Shown here: positions 62,394 through 64,000 of the stretch, in pieces | Layout of the letters: each line of letters begins with the position of its first letter | How positions within the stretch are numbered: position 1 is the first letter of the stretch | NCBI GenBank assembly: GCA_965655095.1 | Contig: OZ296649.1 | Location: 78,430,001 to 78,494,000, forward strand | DNA length: 64,000 nucleotides | From: Haplodiscus bocki | Taxonomy: Eukaryota | Direction of reading: 5' to 3' | Notes under the pieces: generated by a model | What the model saw: only the letters and a program-made list of their open reading frames with translations | What the model was told of the DNA's origin: nothing | Database searches by the model: none | Program-made: the position numbers and the translations under genes

Positions 62394-63194
62394 TTTCATG
62401 ATACAACGAAATTTTACTTTTTTCCATAATTGTTTTCACCGGCATCTTATTTGATAGGCCTAAACTGCCGAAAGCTATATTTATGTATGATGCTTCCCTT
62501 CTTTTTTAACTTTTTTTGTAAAGCTGCTGGCTGCATTTCTTCATCAAGATGTCAATCGACAAGTTTTGAATTTAGAACAGTTTCCAATTGAGGAAAATTA
62601 AGTTTTTTGCTCTCGGCGCAAACTCAATTGACTGAGAATTCCACAACTTGCATGTGCATTAGATACTTTTTGAGATTCTGACTCATGTCTCCGAAACTAC
62701 CGAAGGGACTTCTTCCAAGGTTTCAGTGGACAATTTAATCTGTGTATAAGATTACTCGGTAAACTTATTCCGAAGTAATTTCCCTGCATTAACACTCTCA
62801 TGGGCTGAAAATGGCAAAAGTTCGATTTTTTTGTGCTTTTTTATTGTCAAACTTTCTGACAGTACTGGCTGGGTTTCCAGTATCAAGATCCGACAAAATG
62901 GTTTCAAATTTTTAGGTGATTTAGAAAAATACCTTGGGCTTCGTACTTTGCTTCGGGGCCCTCATAACTCACTCGATATTGCCAAGAATTGCGGAAATCA
63001 ATGGTGGAATTGATGTTTGCGGAGAGCGTTTAAAAACTAGATTGAAAACACTGTTCTTATTTTATTTTATTTGTAGAAGTTAATCATAAATTTTGGAATT
63101 GAGCGAAAAATATGCCGGTGCTAGCCGGCCGTCTTGTTAGATGTCCATTTAAGGTTATTGTCTCATATGGCGGTGGTGTAACGATAACTACGGC

Positions 63195-63800
63195 GGCGGT
63201 GTAATGATAACTCCATGTTAGTAAACTTGGACAAAAGCAAAGTGCTCTGCTTCAAAGGTACACCTCTTATTGCATTGCCCAACTGCAAAGAAGAGAACTG
63301 AAAGAACCTTGAACACTTTCTTCCTGCTGAAACGGAGTCGAAGCAACATTTATGACCAAGAAGAATGCGTTTGTGTTCAAAACATTGCACAATTTCTCAA
63401 ATACGCTTCTCTCTGCAAACAAGCAAAAAAAGCGTTCTAGCAATTCGTGGAATTTGACATCCTTCACGTCCTGTTGTTTGTCAAAATACTATCTGGAAAA
63501 GTTGACAAAGACTGGCGAGGTTATTACTGACGTCGGAAACCGAAAAGCGCTAATGATACCAAATTTTGTCTGCCATCAAATGCGTCTGAAGAAGCTTGAC
63601 TCAGATTACTGGTTTCGAGTTAGCCAAACCATCTGACGGATATTTCAAATAAGATATCCTTTTCGATCCAGAAGATACGAACAGACTACTGGAACTCTAC
63701 AAGTTGTTTTCCAAAATCCGGTACAATGAATCAGATCCATGCACTTGGCGCGTTTTTCGTGACTGCAATAATTGCAGAGACTTAAAGAAACTCAAGTTCA
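63195..63800 (+). mobile_element. 5'-truncated LINE ORF2 C-terminal fragment
   Basis: CNDNSMLVNLDKSKVL (post-RT W..N.M..N..K.K motif); TLNTFFLLKRS; LLFVKILSG; DYWFRV. Confidence 0.6.
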
Positions 63801-64000
63801 TTCACTGAAAGACCAAATTTGAACTTTTCAATCACTGTGTTTTATGCGAAGCCTTGGATTTTAATCGTAAATTGTTTAATATTATGTCCACTTATAGGAT
63901 TGGCAAAGTGATAGAAACTTGTTCATATTTGCACACTTTAAGGACATTTACTTCGAAATTTCGTGAATCTTGCACATCTACAAGTCTTCAGTTGTTCAGC

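Overview
AT-rich eukaryotic (animal-like) genomic DNA. About 52 of the 64 kb is a nest of decayed Polinton/Maverick (adintovirus-like) endogenous dsDNA virus elements. At least five copies can be resolved: A (1-1640, fragment); B (~1640-7226 + 24866-28509, split); C (7227-24865, full length, inserted inside the integrase gene of B); D (~28520-32930, polymerase arm only); E (38354-57311, full length, with TIRs and a near-perfect 6-bp target-site duplication, inserted into a LINE whose frame rejoins across it). The copies share one layout. Protein-primed PolB reads towards one terminus. A divergent arm reads towards the other terminus: accessory genes (several PC4-like, a Cys-rich ORF, an HD-motif PLA2-like gene, a DEDD-like nuclease), then packaging ATPase, unknown ORF, rve integrase, minor capsid, basic core protein, major capsid and adenain protease. 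Nearly all of these genes are frameshifted pseudogenes, so most entries in the ORF track are fragments or antisense shadows. Also present: a decayed Ty3/Gypsy element, two LINE remnants, tandem repeats, an N gap, two tRNA-like relics, and one intact host zinc-finger gene that matches TFIIIA fingers 4-9 but appears to lack fingers 1-3. All homology calls come from motif recognition and by-eye alignment. No searches were run, and pseudogene boundaries are approximate.
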